The notes under the pieces were generated by a model. It searched no databases, was not told the origin of the DNA, and saw only the letters and a list, made by a program, of their open reading frames with translations. A program made the position numbers and the translations under genes. Positions 36,325 through 43,116 of a stretch of DNA of 43,116 nt are shown here, piece by piece. Each line of letters begins with the position of its first letter. Positions within the stretch are counted from its first letter, which is position 1. Source of the DNA: Trichosphaerium sp. ATCC 40318 (taxonomy: Eukaryota; Protista; Tubulinea); contig JALMLS010000209.1 of NCBI GenBank assembly GCA_038496445.1, positions 1-43,116 on the forward strand, in the 5' to 3' direction.

Positions 36325-39300
36325 ACATCAAATTAATAAATGCAAAAAGAAGCAGTTCAAATAATAACGTAAACATGTTCTAGCTGAGATTGATACCAAG
36401 TAATAAACTCCAACAATGTTTCCTATGCCATGACTAAGAATACAATCTATCAAAGAATAAATGAAACCAATTGCCAATGCCTATTGAATTTGGGAAATTT
36501 GCTAAGAGGGGGTTGGTAAAAGTTGTTTAATTTTTGAGATTGGAAAGTTACTTAGCCAACAGTAGAATAAATAGTTAGAAGTTTTTGCTGTAAGATGTCA
36601 GAATACAACAATACACTTTGTTTATATCCGCCATTGCCATAGCATATCCTGAACCAACTCAAACATAAACCTGATAGCAGCCTTCAAAGCAACCATCATG
36701 AACAAGGGTTCCACAAAGTAGTTGACTGCATCGCCTTTCAGCATGCTTAAGTCAATGATATGCCTTGCTTTACAATTGGGTTTTACTAAAAATCCTAGAG
36801 CGTTGTCTTTAGTTGGAAGAGTACAGATATCAGTGTCTCTTTGAGACAGCATTATGACCCACCTTGATCTTGTGTTCAATGTAGTCATCCAAGTTGCTCC
36901 AACTATCAATATAGTTGTCAAGATGCTCTAAGCCCAACTGGCCAGATGTGAATCTCAACAGAGCTCACACGTTTAACATTGCAAACTTTGAAGGCTAGGC
37001 GAATTAAACTTTTGAAGAAATAGCATAACACTCAGTGGCTGAGAGAACTAATGAATTGTAACTTTCAAATCACTGAGAAAAACTACAGGAATACGGTGAA
37101 TCGTCATCACGTGTTCTCTTGCACAAAGAATAAGTTGGAGACAAAGTGTGATCTGAAGGGCTTTGATGGATGTCAAGATATCGCTTGTCGACCTCCTCTT
37201 CAAGATCATTTTCACCATTGATATCTGTGATTTTCTTGAAATCAATATCCTGGATAATTCAATACCACATTCTGTAAACATACATTGGAATCATATAGAT
37301 CACAACTGAGCTTTTAATTGGCTACTGTTGAAGAATACAAACTTTGTATTCAATGCTGAAAGTTGCACAAATCACACTTAAAGTACTCATGACGATTAAT
37401 ACAAGAATATACCTATTACAGATACTCTTGACTATCTTACTTTACATTACAGTATCTGCATTGGTATTGATGCAATTGCCAAACATGAAAACCAAAATTA
37501 TCAAACAAGATGTTGGTTGGCAACACAAGGATTTTGGTAAAAAAACCATTGTATAGTAATGTAGTTTCTACACTAGATGTGTGCAAACAAAAAGCAAGAT
37601 AAAAAGTGTTTATGTTAATATAGACTCTCAGTTGTAACAGTAATAAATACAAGCCAGTCTGAGGTTTGTGTTGCGCAAGTGTTGACAATTTTAGTTACTT
37701 TAATTGCTGGTTTAGTCTAGTGTTAATTTCAAAAAGTTTTGTGTAAACTTGTTGTAATCTTTTGTTTTCTTCCAATAGCTTGTCATATGCAGTTGGTTGT
37801 ATTTGGCGCTCATTCAAATAGCTAGAGGCCCATAATTGTCTTTGCACAAAAGTAAGTAAGGAAAGTGATTGATGCACACTTATTTTGTACCGCTTAGAGG
37901 TAAAGTTGTCACAATCATCAGAATCAGACAAGTCATCAGAACCAAATTCACCAATACCCTCTGATGTTGCAGATGATTGCTTGTTGGTTTTCTCAGACGG
38001 TTTCTTCGCTCTTTTCTTCTCTTGGTTTGGTTTTCGCACAACTGTGATGATGTAACGAGCAACAGTCTGTACATCTAAAATCACAACTTAGTCAACAAGT
38101 ACATCAATTGTAATCACTACCTTGAGCTACAACCAGTTCATCATATACTGCTGTGTCTATTTTATTTTGGTTTAACACCTGTCCGTTCTTGTTTACCAAT
38201 ACATAGTGGCTTTGATATCCAGCTTTAATTGGCTTACCAACAAGATTGGAGTCATCTTGAGGGTTTTCTGTAACCTATCAATGCTTTGTAAATAAACAAA
38301 TTAATAGTGCGATTGGTTGCAGTTGTGTACAGGATATACATTTCCAGGTGTAACCAAACTAAGCACAAGTGTCTTTTTATTTGTACCAGATGTATCGTAT
38401 GAACAGGCATACCTAATGCTGTGCTATTTCAAAAAAAGCAAGTAAGATGGTGACTTTTTAAAAAGCACATACTGTAAAGTAGATTCCTTGTCCATAGTAT
38501 CCAGCATCCAACGAACTTATCACTCCAAATCCAGCTTTTACAATACTCCAAGCGGCTTCACGAGTTGTTCCGTGAACCATTAATACAACTGGTAGCTGAT
38601 TATTGGGTCAACAATGCACATGTATAAAATGTACCTGATCAGAAACGTCATGGATACAAGCACTGGAGTTCTGTATGAGATTTACAGCATGTTTGGCAAC
38701 TCTATTTTTGTGATTATTGTGCTTGTGATCTTTTTTGTTCCATGTGTCTGGTAGGTCTCTAATTAAAACAGCTCAGTTATGAATGCACTTGTAGTAATAA
38801 TTACAAACATACTGGTGTCTTTGCTTCAGCATGGTATTGTATGTGCCAAAGTTTTGAGTCAACACATCATTGCAAACAAGATGAGCTTCTACAATATCAT
38901 ATTTATCATAGCCGTGCATTGTTGACATTTGTTCGCGAAGAAACTCTAGTTCTCTCTTGGCTACAATATCATTTTTATTTGAATCAAGAAGATTCAGTGT
39001 TCTATAGTGCGTTGCTTTTTCAATTGTACCCCTTTTTTGTTTGACAAAAACAATTAAACATGAGTTAATACGAGTGTAACTACTCACTTGTTGTTGGATC
39101 TATCCCAGGTGTGGGCGTAATGTAATCTTGGATTTAAGTCCCATGATGTCTCACTTTTTAATCCTAAAAGTGTTATTGTCAGCTATTGAAATAACAGTGT
39201 TTTTTTACCTGTTGTGGAATGTTTACCTCCATGATTTGGTGAGAAGGTATTAGTGAGTATGTGATTGCAAGCATTGCATTCACATTTTTTGAAACTACCA

Positions 39301-40323
39301 ATTTGCTTTGAGAGCTTCTACTCAAACTGTTAGCAAAAATAAATACAAAACAAATACGTGGGTTTGATTATGTTGAGTAGCACAATAACTGCACAAATAC
39401 AATCCATATTGAGAACAATCATAGCAAGCAAACGCTGTATAATGTTAATAAAAGAAATACCACTAAACACATACTATCTTGCTTGGGTACTTTTTGAAGA
39501 GAATTTGTACACCATCCTTCTTTTACACACATTTCAACAATAGACCCAGTTTGTGTAGTACTACTCCACATATCATCTGGTAAGTCGGATAGAATTCCTT
39601 CCATCAGCTCTCCTTGCTGTAACCAAAAGCTCTGATATAAAAAAAAACAAGTTAATGTATGCTTGTATTTTGTGTGTTTTGTACCGAAGACTGTACAAAC
39701 ATGGGATTGTATGTACAAATCAAATGGCAAATGCCTTTTTGCATTGCAACTTTAAAATATGAACGTGTTGGCTTTGTGTGATTAGTGCTTAATTGTTTGG
39801 TAAAAGGGACATACCAAGTATTGTAACCATTTTGCAAGATTGAGTCGCCAGTGTGGTGTCTCTTTCATGTGTGCGCATAATAACCATAGTTCACGACTGC
39901 ATCGGTCATTTGGAAACAGTGGCAAAAGAGTTTCAAACACATTAATGAATGCAGGATCATCATCAACCACCTCTTTTAGTATCTTAATTAAACCCTTTTT
40001 CCATTTTACAGTTATTAATGATATGTCTGTAGTTTGTTTCAATAAAGTCTGCAAAACTGGGTTGTGTCCAAATAATGCTAATATGAATTAAGTGACTTCA
40101 AATCAAGTATATATACCTGCATCAATTAAAGCAGTACATCCATTGTTTTCTTTGGCTTCAATGTTGGCTCCTGATTCAAGTAATACTTTTATCACATTAT
40201 CATGTCCATTAATGGCTAACAATTAAAGTGTATGTGAGTAACAGATGTTGTTATGGTTAAGCATTATCATACCTGCAACAATTAAAGCAGTACGTCCATT
40301 ATCTTGTTTGGCTTCAATGTTGG
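36325..40323 (-). repeat. Right arm of large inverted repeat (palindrome)
   Basis: Mirror of 32054-36035. The inner ~2.3 kb is almost identical and the outer part is visibly diverged. Confidence 0.95.
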
Positions 40324-41610
40324 CTCCTGATTCAAGTAATACTTTTATCACATTATCATGTCCATTAATGGCTAACAATTAAAGTTAATGTAACAGATGT
40401 TGTTATGGTTAAGGGGGGACGCTGAGAATGGAATGACCTTAGCCCCACAGGCATCTTCGGGCTTGTAAACCCATCTAAAATCGCGTAAAACGCTGAAAAA
40501 ATAGGATAGCGAACTGCGTAGATTGATTACTTGAGTTCAAAGCCGAAATTTCATTTTTTTTCTCAACTTTTTGACCTTAATTACACAGATTGAAACAACT
40601 TTTAAGCTATTCTTCCACTATTGCACCACTTGGAGACGCATTTTAGGTGGTGTAGAGCAAATTCGTTATTTTTTTTTGCTTTCAAATTGAGACTTCTTAT
40701 TTGAAAGTGTACCCATAGCATGTACTACGTGTGTAGATGCTATGGGTAACATAGTTTTGAACAAATGTGCTTTTAAACAGAAAGATTGAAAAATGCAGTC
40801 GTTTTTTGAAAAAAAAAACTTTTGCAACAAAAAAACATCACAAAAAGGCACACGCTAAAAGTTGGGTTTTTCAAAAGCCCTCATGTCAAAGATATAGGCC
40901 CAAAATTTGAGCCGATTTGAACAATTTCTGCACATCTCAGCGTGCCCCCTTAAGCATTATCATACCTGCAACAATTAAAGCAGTACGTCCATTATCTTCT
41001 TTGGCTTCAATGTTGGCTCCTGATTCAAGTAATACTTTTATCACATTATCATGTCCATTAATGGCTAACAATTAAAGTTAATGTAACAGATGTTGTTATG
41101 GTTAAGCATTATCATACCTGCAACAATTAAAGCAGTACGTCCATTATCTTGTTTGGCTTCAATGTTGGCTCCTGATTCAAGTAATACTTTTATCACATTA
41201 TCATGTCCATTAATGGCTAACAATTAAAGTGTATGTGAGTAACAGATGTTGTTATGGTTAAGCATTATCATACCTGCAACAATTAAAGCAGTACGTCCAT
41301 TATCTTTTTTGGCTTCAATGTTGGCTCCTGATTCAAGTAATACTTTTATCACATTATCATGTCCATTAATGGCTAACAATTAAAGTTAATGAGTAACAGA
41401 TGTTGTTACAGTTAAGCATTATCATACCTGCATCAATTAAAGCAGTACATCCATCATTTTCTTTGGCTTCAATGTTGGCTCCTGATTCAAGTAATACTTT
41501 TATCACATTATCATGTCCTTTAATGGCTAACAATTAAAGTGTATGTGAGTAACAGATGTTGTTATGGTTAAGCATTATCATACCTGCAACAATTAAAGCA
41601 GTACGGCCAT
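37695..41610 (-). CDS. Multi-exon ankyrin - UBR-type zinc finger - PARP/ART - coiled-coil gene, copy B (six tandem ANK exons, 5' end missing)
   Basis: The reading frame stays open after splicing from the ANK array to the stop at 37695, with the H-Y-E triad (E codon 38137-38139). No N-terminal exons or start codon were found beyond ~41610. Confidence 0.75.
40117..41610 (-). repeat. Tandem array of ~152-156-bp units (99-nt ankyrin exon plus intron)
   Basis: Exons at 40117-40215, 40273-40371, 40966-41064, 41118-41216, 41274-41372 and 41428-41526, plus a partial one from 41584. All are phase 1 with near-identical introns. Confidence 0.95.
40413..40949. mobile_element. 537-bp Kolobok-like MITE in an ankyrin-array intron
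   Basis: TTAA TSD at 40409-40412 and 40950-40953, TIRs GGGGGGACGCTGAGA and TCTCAGCGTGCCCCC. Sister introns show the empty TTAA site. Confidence 0.88.
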
Positions 41611-41791
41611 TTATTCTGCTTCAAACGAAACCTTACCAATATTGTGCGACAATATGTATCTGATCCGGGGGAGCCGGGAGCTATGTTGAACGCAAACAAT
41701 GTACACCGAGCCGGAACACAAATAATTCGATGAACCGTCGGCAAAACTTAAATCCTTTTTACCATACAATCAACACTGGTGACAACGCTTC

Positions 41792-43116
41792 ATGGCAGAG
41801 CAGCTGGCGATTGAATGTACGCCGCTAACATTATATTATTAACACTTGGGTTATTAAATATTTCGTCACAGCCGAATTGGTAGAGCTTCAATTAGTTTTC
41901 AGTAACATTACAACAGGTACGTAGCCTATTCCGAGTTAATATCCTTGTTTAATGTTTTACTAGCTGATGAACTAAGGAACAGTATCCGTAATCAAGCGAT
42001 AGCCAATGATATTCTGCTCTATTCAGGTTCGGTGCCTAAATCTTGCTTGTAACCAATAAATATAGTGCTTTGTGGCCTGGCTAGTACTGTGATAATGTGC
42101 ATTTACCAGGAGGTAAACATTGAAGCTTCGTTGTACGACGGACGCACAGTTTTACATGTTGCAGGTACCTCGGATTTGCGCATCACCAAACGCACTGACT
42201 TGAACTATAAAGCCACAACGGGACACTTCAATATAGCTCAAATATTAATCAACTCAGGCGCAAGCATTGAAGCCAGAGATAAAGACGCGTGCACACCTTT
42301 ACATCTTGCGGGTATGTTAGATTAAATAATGACTCCAATTTACGGTTCTTAGCGAATGAAGGACATATTGAAGTAGTTCAAATATTGCTCAATTCAACAG
42401 CGGATTTTGAAGCGACGGATAACAAGGACGGACACCTCTTGTTTGCGCAGGTAATTGTAATCTTGTAACTACTAAACTAATTCGCACTTCGTATCTTAGC
42501 CAATAAAGGACACAAAAAAGTTTCTGAGATGTTATGCCAGGCGATGATAAGTACTAAAAAAGTAGGAAAGGATGGACGTACTACTTTACACAATGCAGGT
42601 TAACCTAAGTTATACAGGGTGTTAAGTGGATTAACTTGATTCCAAGCTCGTAGCGGACAAATTACAATTGTGGAAATGCTACTCAACGCAGGTGTAGATG
42701 TAGATGCTACAGAAAATAATGGATTCACACCCCTACATGATGCAGGTATATTAGTTTACTAATAATAATTATAAAACGTACGCTGACATCCTATACCAGC
42801 GTTTCATGGACACGACAACATTGTACAATTGTTACTGAAAGCAAACGCAAACATACAAGCGTCGAATATCTATGGACACAAACCGATTCATTGCGCAGGT
42901 ATTGTCGTCTTTCAAGTTTTGAGTTTAAGTCTTAAATTAGCTCAAAATGGGCACAGTGAAGTTGTTGAAACATTAATCAAATCAAGTGCGAACATTCACG
43001 CTACAGATAAAGATGAAAACACAGCTTTACATACAGCAGGTATCCTAAACTTCTACATAATGTACTAGTGACTTTAATTCACAAAATTCGGTAGCCATCG
43101 AGGGATACAGTGAAGT
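41792..43116 (+). CDS. Multi-exon ankyrin repeat gene C (one repeat per exon), runs off the window
   Basis: ATG 41792 (MAEQLAIE...) with N-terminal exons homologous to gene A, then seven diverged phase-1 ANK exons (GRTVLHVA, CTPLHLA, FTPLHDA, NTALHTA). Exon 42353-42450 is 98 nt, which is either a 1-nt deletion or a sequencing error. Confidence 0.85.

Noticed and set aside
39780-39825. Apparent frameshift in ANK-PARP copy B (ORF ends ...YQTIKH*)
   Set aside because: The extra base lies in a probable 42-43-nt intron (GTATG...CTAAT...AAAG), so the spliced frame is preserved.
40117-41610. CRISPR-like or non-coding satellite array
   Set aside because: The units are 99-nt ankyrin exons with GT-AG introns, and there are no unique spacers or cas genes.
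31706-41610. Calling the ANK-PARP genes tankyrase (TNKS)
   Set aside because: There is no SAM domain, few ankyrin repeats and an additional UBR-like finger, so orthology is unsupported.

Overview
This is AT-rich eukaryotic DNA with very short (about 40-60 nt) GT-AG introns, probably from a microbial eukaryote. The first ~31 kb is mostly nested transposon remains built on an old tandem segmental duplication (copy A ~2627-19180, copy B ~23781-31270). It contains a young full-length Ty3/Gypsy element (identical 183-bp LTRs, AGCGA TSD, -1 frameshift site with pseudoknot) whose protease is split by a TTAA-targeting Kolobok-like insertion. It also holds older Gypsy, piggyBac-like and LINE remnants, a PIF/Harbinger-superfamily-like TIR element, MITEs, a free-standing intron-containing His-Cys box (I-PpoI-type) endonuclease gene, and a poly(A)-ended insert flanked by a 244-bp duplication. 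The last ~12 kb is a cluster of ankyrin genes in which each ankyrin repeat is one 99-nt phase-1 exon. Two of these genes face each other in a large palindrome and encode ANK repeats - UBR-type zinc finger - PARP/ART catalytic domain (H-Y-E) - coiled coil. One copy has six near-identical tandem ANK exons that differ only at codons for the predicted binding surface, suggesting a diversifying sensor-ADP-ribosyltransferase system. All gene models were spliced by eye and no searches were run.
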